Assembly (NCBI RefSeq): GCF_964355755.1
Contig: NC_092672.1
Span: 24,069,237 to 24,133,236 of the forward strand
Origin: Antedon mediterranea
Lineage: Eukaryota > Animalia > Echinodermata
Reading direction: 5' to 3'
DNA length: 64,000 bases
Made by a program: the position numbers and the translations under genes
The notes under the pieces: generated by a model
Told to the model about the DNA's origin: nothing
What the model saw: the letters and a program-made list of their open reading frames with translations, nothing else
The model's database searches: none
Part shown: positions 51,171 through 64,000 of the stretch, piece by piece
Layout of the letters: every line of letters begins with the position of its first letter
Position numbering within the stretch: the first letter of the stretch is position 1

Positions 51171-54100
51171 TTATTTATTTCTCTCTGTACAAATTTGTGT
51201 AACAATTATCTCAAAAAGTTTAATGTAAATGATTACCAAAATTTTACAATGTCTTTCAAATACTGTAACTTAGTCCTAATAAGCTTTTCAGCGTGATCAC
51301 TCATCCATGACGTCGCGTATACGCCATTTTGTGAAATCACATTGTCAATCATATCTCTATAATTCATTATCACATATTAATGAAATTCACTACACGTAAA
51401 CTTCAGGTCAAAGGTAAAAGTATTAGCAAATAAAAAATTGCATGTTTCAAGGTCATGCGCGTGAAATCGCGCATTAAAATTTTAAAAAGCTCAAAATTAA
51501 GTTTTGATCAATTTAGAGCATGAAATAGGCCATTTGCGTGTTTCAAAAAATTACTGCGCAAAAACACATTTTTGCGCACGCGATTTTTAAAAAGGGTAAA
51601 AAATAAAATGTGATGTATACATCATATTCTACTCACAATCCTTAGTACATTCTCCGACTTTGAGTCCATTCCGACTTAAAATAACGCTATACGAGCACGT
51701 TAAAAATGACAAAATGCGCACATTAATTGTACAAAAGTGCTAAAAATGGTAAAAAATAAGGCCTTTTTAAAATGAATATAACTCTTCAGAATGGCAGGTG
51801 ACCCCCAATTTTTTTAACTTATTATGGAAGCCAATAAGTTGTAGATATAAATATATATACATATTAGACGTACAAAATGGTATGACGTCATGAAATGGCC
51901 ACTTGAATTTAAAAATTAGTAATTTTTATCTTTTTGTGTGGGTTATCACATTCAATAGAGCGCATCTCCGTTATTTGAACCCAATTTTTGCAGATATTTT
52001 AGTATGTGCTTGCTCAATTAATTATCTTTCTCGTGAGTTGTCAACATTTTTATTGTGATGACGTCATCACGCGTAAAAACTTGAATAACCTAGGTCGTGT
52101 AATTTCAGCTACACCATACATTTGAATATCTTATAGCTCCTCAGAATTAAAGGTGACCTTGAAGATTATATTTTATTATGAAAGCTGATGAAATGTAGAT
52201 ATGAATTCATATCAAAATTAAGCCTATCGGATGTTGTGATGTTATCATATGGCCAGTTGAAGTTAAAAAGTAGTTTTTAAATTTCTTTAGTCGAAGTTAT
52301 ACAAATTTCAAAGAGCGCGCATTGCGCTTCTACGTGTCAAATTCTCTTCCAATCCTTATATTTATTTGCTCAATTCATTATCTTTCGAAATTGTCATCTT
52401 CGAGTTTATTTTGATAATTCCATCATACCAAAAAATTTGAACTTGATGTGTGTCCCATAATTTCACCTATGCTACACTGTATATAGATATACAGTATATA
52501 CTGTACATTGTATATGGCATATAATAGGCATAACTCAGCACTATAAGCGTATAATAGGATGGCATACATCAACATTTTCCTATCGTATGTTAACGTACGT
52601 ACATGTTTAAAAAAAATTAATTTCATTAAAATGATAAAAATGATCACCTATAATTCGTCAAAGTGACGAATTAAATTCTAGTTAGGTGATCATTTAGAAT
52701 AAAATGATCACCTATTGTTATTGTATGAAATCTTTATTATTATTAGGTGATCATTTAGAATAAAATGATCACCTATTGTTATTGTATGAAATCTTTATTA
52801 TTTTTTTTCTTTCTGTACACTTTTTGTGTAACAAATATCTCAAAAAGTTGAATAACAATGATCACAAAAATTTCACAATGTCTTTCAAATACTTTAACTT
52901 AGCCATAATAAGCTTTTCAGTGTGATCACTGACCCGTGACGTCACGTATACGCCATTTTGTGAAATCACATTATCAATCATATATCCATAATTCATTATC
53001 ACATATTTATGAAATTCACTACACGTTAACTTCAGGTCAAGGGTAAAAATATTAGCAAATAAAAACGCGCGCGCACTTAGGGTCATGCGCATGAAATTGC
53101 GCATTAAAAATTTAAAAAGCTCAAAATTACGTTTTGATCAATTTAGAGCATGAATTAGGCCATTTGCGTGTTTCAAAAAATTACTGCGCAAAAAAATTAT
53201 TTTGCGCGCGCGATACTTACAAAGTGTAAAAATTGCAATTTTTTTATACAAATCGTATTCTACTCACCATCCTTAGTACATTCACCAAATTTGAGTCAGT
53301 TCCGACTTAAAATAACGGTATACGAGCAGGTTAAAAATGTCAAAATGCGCAAATTAATTGCATCAAAATGATGAAAATGGTGAAAAATAAGGCCTTTTTA
53401 AAATGAATATAAATCTTCAGAATGGCAGGTGACCCCCAATTTTTTTAAGTTATTCGGGGAGCCATTGGGTTGTAGATACATATTCATGTACATATTAGAC
53501 GTACAAAATGGTATGACGTCATCAAATGGCCACTTCAATTTAAAAATTAGTAATTTTTATCTTTTTGTATGGGTTATCACATTTAATAGAGCGCATCTCC
53601 GTTAATTTAGCTCGATTTTCGCAGAAGTTTTAGTATGTGCTTGCTCAATTAATTATCTTTCTCAGGAGTTGTCAACATTTTTATTTTGAAGACATCATCA
53701 CGCGTAAAAACTTGAATAACGTAGGTCGTGTAATTTCAGCTACACCGTAAATTTGAATATATTATAGCTCTTCAGAATTAAAGGTGACCTTGAAGATTAT
53801 AACTTATTATGAAAGCTGATAAAATGTAGACATGAATTAATATAAAAATTAAGCCTATCGGATGTTGTGATGTTATCATATGGCCAGTTGAAGTTAAAAC
53901 GTAGTTTTTAAATTTCTTTAGTCGAAGTTATACAAATTTCAAAGAGCGCGCATTGCGCTTCTACGTGTCAAATTCTCTTCCAATCTTTATATTTATTTGC
54001 GTAATTCATTATCTTTCGAAATTGTGATCTTCGAGTTTATTTTGATAATTCCATCTTACCAAAAAATTAGAACATGATGTGTGTCCCATAATTTCACCTA

Positions 54101-54387
54101 TGCTACACTGTATATAGATATACAGTATATACTGTACATATTGTATGACACATAATAGGTACAACTCAGTATGAGTGTATATGCATCATGACATAGGATG
54201 GCGTATATCAACTTTTAACGATCGTATGTTAACGTACGTGCATGTTGAAAAAATGTTAATTTCATTAAAATGATAACAATGATCACCTATAATTCGTCAA
54301 AGTGACGAATTAAATTCTAGTTAGGTGATCATTTAGAATAAAATGATCACCTATTGTTATTGTATGAAATCTTTATTCTTATTCTTA

Positions 54388-55984
54388 TTAGTTATCCGCA
54401 CTATGGCGGATAACTCCTTGTAACTGTCCTGTTTCATCATCTTTTTTTTTTTTTTTTTTTTCTGTATTATTCTTCTTTCTTTCTGTCATTTTTGTGCAGA
54501 GCGTATCTCTAAAACGTGTAAAGTTAACATTTTATAACTTTGTCAACATATTGGCAATCACGTGAAGTTGTGCTTTCCTATAATTGAATGACGTCAGAGT
54601 TGCGCAACATGACTTACGCGCGTTTTTATGAATTTCGCGTATTTAACATAGATCGAAAACCATATAACAATTTAAATTGAAACTTAGCAAAAGTCTAATT
54701 TATATCGTGCGCTAACTTTTTGTGCACTAAAAATGGCATGTTTTACACGAGGTTACGCGCGCACGCGCGTTTAAAATTTTGCAATGCGAAAAATCAATTT
54801 CTAATCAACTTTATACGCGTTTCATGTCATTTTGAGCATGTCAAAAATTCCCACACGTGCGCAAATTTTTACGCGCGTGGTGCACACGTAGCGTTAAAAA
54901 CGTCATTTTTTCGAGTGATTTATGTTTTTCCCGCCTTTTCTAGTAATTTTACCAACTTTTAAGTAATTTCGACTTCAAATTACGTCATACGAGCACGTAG
55001 AATATGATAATTTGCGCGCTTTTTTGATGAAAAACTTCAAAAATTCGTCAAAATTAAGCCTTTTTTTAAACAATCGTAGTTTCTAAACTAAACGGTAAAA
55101 ATTATTTTTATTACATATTCTGGAAGTTGATGAGTTGTAGATATCAGATCATGCATTAATATGGCTAACCGGACATTGTGACGTCATCGTATGGCCACGC
55201 GAATATGAAATTTAGGATTTTTGTATCTTTCGTCATAACTCCTCACATTTAATAGAGGGCATCTCCACTTATCCGTTTTCCATTTTCACCCCGATTTTGA
55301 TATTGTCTAGGTCAATCAACTATCTTTAGCATGAGTTGAAAATATTTTAATTTTTATGACGTCATCATGCCTAAAAATTTAAATTACGTGTGGCATTAAT
55401 TTCATCTTTACAGTAAATTTCAATCTGTTATAGCTCGTAAGAATAAAATGTTATAATAACGATTAAAACGTTTTCTTGAAGCTATTGGATTGTAGATACA
55501 AAATCATGTGAAAATTTTGCCAATCGGATGTGGTGACGTCATCATATGGCCAGTTAAATAAAAAAAGTCGTATTTTCATCTTTTGCGTCATAGTTCATTA
55601 CATTTAAAAGAGCGCGCATTAATATTTCACGTATTCAAATTTCTTCTACACGTTAATATGTTGTTGCTGAGATAATTTCCTTCCAAAATTGCTACCTTCG
55701 CGTTTCATTTTAAAACCATCAACATGTTAAAAATTGCAATAAATAGCGGGTCCCGTAATTTCCCCTATTCTACACTGTATTTTATATGTATACAGATTAC
55801 ACTGTGTATACTATATATGAATCAAAATAATAGAATTCAGCAATAACAACATAATTATCATAGTCTTCAGTTCAGGTCATAATGCCATAATCTTTTTCCG
55901 TGTGCAATATTCCAACGTATGGCGTGGACGTGGCGTTTGTCGTGCGGATAACTAACTCGTCAAAGTGACGAGTTTCATGTCTAG
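54388..55984 (+). mobile_element. Family-C Helentron-like element, copy 2 (variant termini)
   Basis: Head AGTTATCCGC-ACTATG-GCGGATAACT; tail GCGGATAACT-AACTCGTCA-AAG-TGACGAGTT-TCATGTCTAG. The body is homologous to 49606-51170. Confidence 0.85.
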
Positions 55985-58900
55985 TTATTTATTTCTCTCT
56001 GTACAGATTTTGTGTAACAAATATCTCAAAAAGTTTAATGTTAATGATTACCAAAATTTTACAATGTCTTTCAAATACTGTAACTTAGTCCTAATAAGCT
56101 TTTCAGCGTGATCACTCATCCATGACGTCGCGTATACGCCATTTTGTGAAATCACATTGTCAATCATATCTCCATAATTCATTATCACATATTAATGAAA
56201 TTCACTACACGTAAACTTCAGGTCAAAGGTAAAAGTATTAGCAAATAAAAAATTGCGTGTTTCAAGGTCATGCGCGTGAAATCGCGCATTAAAATTTTAA
56301 AAAGCTCTAATTTAAGTTTTGATCAATTTAGAGCATGAAATAGGCCATTTGCGTGTTTCAAAAAATTACTGCGCAAAAACACATTTTTGCGCACGCGATT
56401 TTTAAAAAGGGTAAAAAATAAAATTTGATGTATATATCATATTCTACTCACAATCCTTAGTACATTCTCCGACTTTGAGTCCATTCCGACTTAAAATAAC
56501 GCTATACGAGCACGTTAAAAATGACAAAATGCGCACATTAATTGTACAAAAGTGCTAAAAAAGGTAAAAAATAAGGCCTTTTTAAAATGAACATAACTCT
56601 TCAGAATGGCAGGTGACCCCCAATTTTTTTAACTTATTATGGAAGCCAATAAGTTGTAGATATAAATATATATACATATTAGACGTACAAAATGGTATGA
56701 CGTCATGAAATGGCCACTTGAATTTAAAAATTAGTAATTTTTATCTTTTTGTGTTGGTTATCACATTCAATAGAGGGCATCTCCGTTATTTGAGCCCGAT
56801 TTTTGCAGATATTTTAGTATGTGCTTGCTCAATTAATTATCTTTCTCGTGAGTTGTCAACATTTTTATTGTGATGACGTCATCACGCGTAAAAACTTGAA
56901 TAACCTAGGTCGTGTAATTTCAGCTACACCATACATTTGAATATATTATAGCTCCTCAGAATTAAAGGTGACCTTGAAGATTATAATTTATTATGAAAGC
57001 TGATGAAATGTAGATATGAATTCATATCAAAATTAGGCCTATCGGATGTTGTGATGTTATCATATGGCCAGTTGAAGTTAAAAAGTAGTTTTTAAATTTC
57101 TTTAGTTGAAGTTATACAAATTTCAAAGAGCGCGCATTGCGCTTCTACGTGTCAAATTCTCTTCCAATCCTTATATTTATTTGCTCAATTCATTATCTTT
57201 CGAAATTGTCATCTTCGAGTTTATTTTGATAATTCCATCATACCAAAAAATTTGAACTTGATGTGTGTCCCATAATTTCACCTATGCTACACTGTATATA
57301 GATATACAGTATATACTGTACATTGTATATGGCATATAATAGGCATAACTCAGCACTATAAGCGTATAATAGGATGGCATACATCAACATTTTCCTATCG
57401 TATGTTAACGTACGTACATGTTTAAAAAAAATTAATTTCATTAAAATGATAAAAATGATCACCTATAATTCGTCAAAGTGACGAATTAAATTCTAGTGAG
57501 AAATTGTTTTTGTAAAAAAAAAATGTTTCTTCGCAATTTCTTTCTGTACAGATTTTGTGTAACAAATATCTCAAAAAGTTTAATGTCAATGATTACGAAA
57601 ATTTCAGAATGTTTTTCAAATACTTTAACTTAGTCCTAATAAGCTTTTTAGCGTGATCACTCATCCGTGACGTCATTTATACGCCATTTTGTGAAATCAC
57701 ATTATCAATCATATCTTCATAATTAATTATCTCATATTAATGAAATTCACTACACGTAAACTTCAGGTCAAGGGTAAAAATATTAGCAAATAAAAACCCA
57801 CGCGCACGTAGGGTCATGCGCAAGAAATCGCGCATTAAAAATTTAAAAAGCTCAAAATTATGTTTTGATCAATTTAGAGCATGAATTAGGCCATTTGCGT
57901 GTTAAAAAAAATTACTGCGCAAAAACACGTTTTTGCGCGGGCGTACCTAGAAAGCGTAAAAAATAACAATTTTTTGTACAAATTGCATTCTACTCATCTT
58001 CCATAGTTCAATCACCAAATTTGAGTCCATTTCGACTTAAAATAGTGCTATACGAGCACGTTAAAAATGACAAAATGAGCACATTAATTGTACAAACGTG
58101 TTAAAAATGGTAAAAAATAAGGCCTTTTTAAAATGAATATAACTCTTCAGAATGGAAGGTGACCCCCATTTTTTTAAACTTACTATGGTAGCCAATGAGT
58201 TGTAGAAATAATTGTATATACACATTAGACGTACAAAATGGTATGACGTCATCATTTGGCCACATACATTTTTAAAATAGGGTTTTTTCCTCATTTGTCA
58301 TAGACCACCATATTCAACAGAGCTCAACTCGCTTATCTGTGATTGATTTTCTTTTAATTTGTAACATATTCTACCTTAACCAAGTATGTTACTCATGAGT
58401 TGCCAATATTTTCATTTTGATGACGTCATCACGTCTTAAAATTTGAATAACGGTGGTTACGTAATTTCACCTACAATGTATATTTGAATACCTTACAGCT
58501 CTTCTGAATTAAAGTTGACCTTGATGTTTATAATTTATTATGAAAGTTGGTGAAATGTAGATATGAATTCATATACAAATTAATCCCATCTGATGTTGTA
58601 ACGTTATCATATGGCCAGTTGAAGCAAAAAAGTAGTTTTTAAAATTCTTTAGTCAAAGTTATACAAATTTCTACGAGCGCTCACCGCGCTTCTTCGTGCC
58701 AAATTTTCTTCAAATTGTTATATTTTATTGCTCAATTCATTATCTTTCGATATTATTATCCACAAGTTTATTTTGATAATGTCATAATACCAAAAAGTTA
58801 GATCATGATTTGTGTCCGTAATTTCACCAATGCTACACTGTATATAGATATACAGTATATACTGTACATAATGTATATGGCATATAATAGGCACAAATCA

Positions 58901-61900
58901 GCACTATATACGTATAATAGGATGGCATAAATCAACATTTTTCGATCGTATGTTAACGTACGTGCATGTTTAAAAAATATTAATGTCAATAAAAAGATAA
59001 AAATGATCACCTATAATTCGTCAAAGTGACGAATTAAATTCTAGTGAGAAATTGTTTTTGTAAAAAAAAAATGTTTCTTTGCAATTTTTTTCTGTACAGA
59101 TTTTGTGTAACAAATATCTCAAAAAGTTTAATGTCAATGATTACCAAAATTTCAGAATGTGTTTCAAATACTTTAATTTAGTCCTAATAAGCTTTTCAAC
59201 GTGATCACTCATCCGTGACGTCATCTATACGCCATTTTGTGAAATCACATTATCAATCATATCTCCATAATTAATTATCACATATTAATGAAATTCACTA
59301 CACGTAAACTTCAGGTAAAGCGTAAAAATATTAGCAAATAAAAACGCACGCACACGTAGGGTCTTGCGCATGAAATAGCGCGTTAAAAATTTAAAAAGCT
59401 CAAAATTAAGTTTTGATCAATTTAGAGCATGAATTAGGCCATTTACGTGTTTTAAAAAATTACTGCGTAAAAACACGTTTTTGCGCGTGCGTACATAGAA
59501 AGCGTAAAAAAATAACATTTTTTGTACAAATTGCATTCTGCTCATCTTTCATAGTACATTCACCAAATTTGAGTCCATTTCGACTTAAAATAGTGCTATA
59601 CGAGCACGTTAAAAATGACAAAATGCGCACATTAATTGTACAAAAGTGCTAAAAATGGTAAAAAATAAGGCCTCTTTAAAATGAATATAACTCTTCAGAA
59701 TGGAAGGTAACCCCCAATTTTTTTTACTTATTATGGAAGCCAATGAGTTGTAGATATAAATGTATATACACATTAGACGTACAAAATGGTATGACGTCAT
59801 CATTTGGCCACATGGATTTTTAAAACAGGGTTTCTTCCCCTTTTGTTATAGACTACCATATTCAACAGAGCGCAACTCGCTAATCTGTGATCGATTTTCT
59901 TTTAATTTTTAATATATTCTACTTCAACCAATTATGTTACTCATGTGTTTCCAATATTTTCATTTTGATGACGTCATCACGTCTTAAAATTTGAATAACG
60001 ATGGTTAGGTAATTTCACCTACAACGTATATTTGAATACTTTACAGCTCTTCTGAATTAAAGTTGACCTTGATAATTATAACTTATTAAGAGAGCTGGTT
60101 AAATTTAGATATGAATTCATATAAAAATTAAGCCTATCGAATCTAGTGACGTTATCATATGGCCAGTTGAAGTTAAAAGCAATTTTTTCATCTCTTTCGT
60201 CAAAGTTATACAAATTTTATAAAGAGCGCGCACCGCGCTTCTACGTGCCAAATTTTCTTCCAATTGCTATATTTTATTGCTCAATTCATTATCTTTCGAT
60301 ATTGTTATCCACAAGTTTATTTTGATAATGTCATCAGTGCCAACAAATTAGAACATGATGTGTGTCCGTAGTTTCACTAATGCTACACTGTATATAGATA
60401 TACAGTATATACTGTACATAATGTATATGGCATATAATAGGCACAACTCAGTACTATAGCGTATAATAGTATGGCATACATCAACATTTTCCGATTGTAT
60501 GTTAACATACGTGCATGTTTAAAAAATATTAATGTCAATAAAATGATAAAAATGATCACCTATAATTCGTCAAAGTGACGAATTAAATTCTAGTTATTTT
60601 TTTTTTTTTTATTCTTTCTGTACACTTTTTGTGTAACAATTATCTCAAAAAGTTGAATGGCAATGATCACAAAAAATTCACAGTGTCTTTCAAATACTTT
60701 AACTTAGCCATAATAAGCTTTTCAGCGTGATCACTCAACCGTGACGTCACGTATACGCGATTTTGTGAAATCACACTATCAATCATATCTCCATAACTCT
60801 TTATCACATATCAATAAAATTCACTATACGTAAACTTCAGGTGAAGGGTAAAAATATTAACAAATAAAAACTTACGTGTTTCAAGGTCATGCACGTGAAA
60901 TCGCGCATTAAAATTTTAAAAAGCTCAAAATTAAGTTTTGATCAATTTAGAGCATAAAATAGGCCATTTGCGTGTTTTAAAAAATTACTGCGCAAAAACA
61001 CGTTTTTGCACGTGCGTACTTAGAAAGCGTAAAAAATACATTTTTTTTTGTACAAATTGCATTCTACTCATCTTCCTTGGTAGATTCACCAAATGTGAGT
61101 CCATTTTGATTTAAAATAGTGCTATACGAGCACGTTAAAAATGACAAAATGCGCACATTAATTGTACAAAAGTGCTAAAAATGGTAAAAATTAAGGCCTT
61201 TTTAAAAAGAATATAACTCTTCAGAATGGCAGGTGACCCCCATTTTTTTTAACTTATTATGGAAGCCAATAAGTTGTAGATATAAATATATATACATATT
61301 AGACGTAAAAAATGGTATGACGTCATCAAATGGCCACTTGAATTTAAAAATTAGTAATTTTTATGTTTTTGTGTGGGTTATCACATTCAACAGAGCCCAT
61401 CTCCGTTATTTGAGCTCGATTTGCGCACAAATTTTAGGATGTGCTTGCTCAATTAATTATCTTTCTCAGGAGTTGTCAACATTTTTGTTTTGATGACGGC
61501 ATCATGCGTAAAAACTTGAATAACCTAGGTCGTGTATTTTCAGCTACACCATACATTTGAATATCTTACAGCTCTTCAGAATTAAAGGTGACCTTGAAGA
61601 TTATAATTTATTATAAAAGCTGATGAAACGTAGATATGAATTCATATAAAAATTAGGCCTATCGGATGTTGTGACATTATGAAATGGTCAGTTTAATTTA
61701 AAAGGTAGTTTTTTTCTCTCTTTCGTCAAATTTATACAAATTTCAAAGAGCGCGCATTGCGCTTCTACGTTTCAAATTCTCTTCCAATCCTTATATTTAT
61801 TTGCTCAATTCATTATCTTTCGAAATTGCCATCTTCGAGTTTATTATGATAATTCCATCATACCAAAAAATTAGAACATGATGTGGGTCCCGTAATTTCA

Positions 61901-64000
61901 CCTATGCTACACTGTATATAGATATACAGTAAATACTGTACATATTGTATATGGCATATAATAGGCACAACTCAGCACTATAAGCGTATGCATCATGTCA
62001 TAGGATGGCGTACATCAACTTTTTACGATCGTATGTTAACGTACGTGCATGTTTAAAAAAATTTAATTTCATTAAAATGATAAAAATGATCACCTATAAT
62101 TCGTCAAAGTAACGAATTAAATTCTAGTTAGGTGATCATTTAGAATAAAATGATCACCTATTGTTATTGTATGAAATCTTTATTATTTTTTTTCTTTCTG
62201 TACACTTTTTGTGTAACAAATATCTCAAAAAGTTGAATAACAATGATCACAAAAATTTCACAATGTCTTTCAAATACTTTAACTTAGCCATAATAAGCTT
62301 TTCAGCGTGATCACTGACCCGTGACGTCACGTATACGCCATTTTGTGAAATCACATTATCAATCATATATCCATAATTCATTATCACATATTTATGAAAT
62401 TCACTACACGTAAACTTCAGGTCAAGGGTAAAAATATTAGCAAATAAAAACGCGCGCGCACGTAGGGTCATGCGCATGAAATCGCGCATTAAAAATTTAA
62501 AAAGCTCAAAATTACGTTTTAATCAATTTAGAGCATGAATTAGGCCATTTGCGTGTTTCAAAAAATTACTGCGCAAAAAAATTATTTTGCGCGCGCGATA
62601 CTTACAAAGTGTAAAAATTGCAATTTTTTATACAAATCGCATTCTACTCACCATCCTTAGTACATTCACCATATTTGAGTCAGTTCCGACTTAAAATAAC
62701 GGTATACGAGCAGGTTAAAAATATCAAAATGCGCAAATTAATTGCATCAAAGTGATGAAAATGGTAAAAAATAAGGCCTTTTTAAAATGAATAAAACTCT
62801 TCAGAATGGCAGGTGACCCCCAATTTTTTTAAATTATTCGGGAAGCCATTGGGTTGTAGATACATATTCATGTACACATTAGACGTACAAAATGGTATGA
62901 CGTCATCAAATGGCCACTTCAATTTAAAAATTAGTAATTTTTATCTTTTTGTATGGGTTTTCACATTCAATAGAGCGCATCTCCGTTATTTTAGCTCGAT
63001 TTTCGGAGTAGTTTTAGTATGTGCTTGCTCAATTAATTATCTTTCTCAGGAGTTGTCAATATTTTTATTTTGATGACATCATCACGCGTAAAAACTTGAA
63101 TAACGTAGGTCGTGTAATTTCAGCTACACCTTACATTTGAATATATTATAGCTCTTCAGAATTAAAGGTGACCTTGAAGATTATAACTTATTATGAAAGC
63201 TGATGAAATGTAGATATGAATTAATATAAAAATTAAGCCTATCGGATGTTGTAATGTTATCATATGGCCAGTTGAAGTTAAAACGTTGTTTTTAATTTTC
63301 TTTAGTCGAAGTTATACAAATTTCAAAGAGCGCGCATTGCGCTTCTACGTGTCAAATTCTCTTTCAATCCTTATATTTATTTGCTCAATTCATTATCTTT
63401 CGAAATTGTCATCTTTGAGTTTATTTTGATAATTCCATCATACCGAAAAATTTGAACATGATGTGGGTCCAGTAATTTCACCTCTGCTACACTGTCAGAT
63501 ACAGTAAATAGGCCTACTGTATAATATTTTATATACAGTATAAACTCATTACATATAAAAAATTAATAAACATACTAACGTACACATTGTTGAATGCGCA
63601 TCACGATACGTATTTACGTAATGTAAATAATTCGGATTTGTTTACTGTAATTGGCTAAATAATGAGTACCTTATAAATGTACTACCGAGAGTAGTACGTA
63701 AATGGAAAGCTAATGACGCCCCTATCGTCGTCGTCCTTGCAAACAAAAAGGGAGGTTGTTGTTGAGAATTGAAAGAAATCATCAATCGAGAATTTTTAAC
63801 CTAGGCATAGCCTATGCCTCGTTGGTGTTTGCCTAACACTTTAAATAACAGTTGAATATTTGTTAACAAAAAACATCGTTCATTCCAAGTGGATTGGTCA
63901 TTTTGTGGTAAGTTCAAGAATAGTCGGTTATACTAATAATCATTGTAGGCCTAAATTAACCGTACAGTATATGTTTTATTTTAACTCGGTGTCTTACACG

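Larger units (their letters stand above)
38906..63495 (+). mobile_element. Nested and tandem cluster of ~16 non-autonomous Helentron-like elements (12 family-A bodies of ~1.5 kb, 2 family B, 2 family C), all in the same orientation
   Basis: Family-A heads TT-AGGTGATCATTT-AGAATA-AAATGATCACCT plus (TAT)n occur at 38908, 40610, 42210, 42277, 49535, 52684, 52745, 54323 and 62130. Tails AATGATCACCTAT-AATTCGTCA-AAG-TGACGAATT-AAATTCTAG end at 42205 (split), 43869, 45397, 49532, 52681, 54320, 57496, 59044, 60593 and 62127. Most junctions are at TT, and there is no coding capacity. Confidence 0.85.

Noticed and set aside
40748-63073. Recurrent 60-90 aa ORFs (MTPNFFNL..., MIIFIILMKL...) as a multicopy gene family
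   Set aside because: They are chance frames in non-coding repeat bodies. They are broken in other copies and show no Rep/helicase or other domain motifs.

Overview
AT-rich metazoan (probably marine invertebrate) nuclear DNA, not prokaryotic, so most entries in the six-frame ORF track are spurious. It holds parts of two spliced + strand genes. Gene 1 is the 3' end of a probable ROCO-type protein: three COR-like exons (2819-4257), then two duplicated death-domain exons (5462-5724, 6365-6621) ending ...EVKSKL* and ...EVKCRL*. Gene 2 is the 5' end of an ankyrin-repeat protein: a likely UTR exon at 18234 and coding exons at 26373, 27309, 33385 and 37283. It may be a tandem paralog of gene 1. The rest is repetitive: many minisatellites (20-112 bp), a ~2-2.7 kb tandem segmental duplication, Rex1/Babar-type and CR1/L2-type LINE relics, Kolobok-, Harbinger- and Tc1/mariner-type MITEs, transposon excision footprints and tRNA-Val pseudogenes. 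From 38906 to ~63500 lies a ~24.6 kb nested stack of about 16 non-autonomous Helentron-like (Helitron2/DINE-1/HINE) elements of three related families inserted into one another. All calls were made by eye, and repeat boundaries are approximate.
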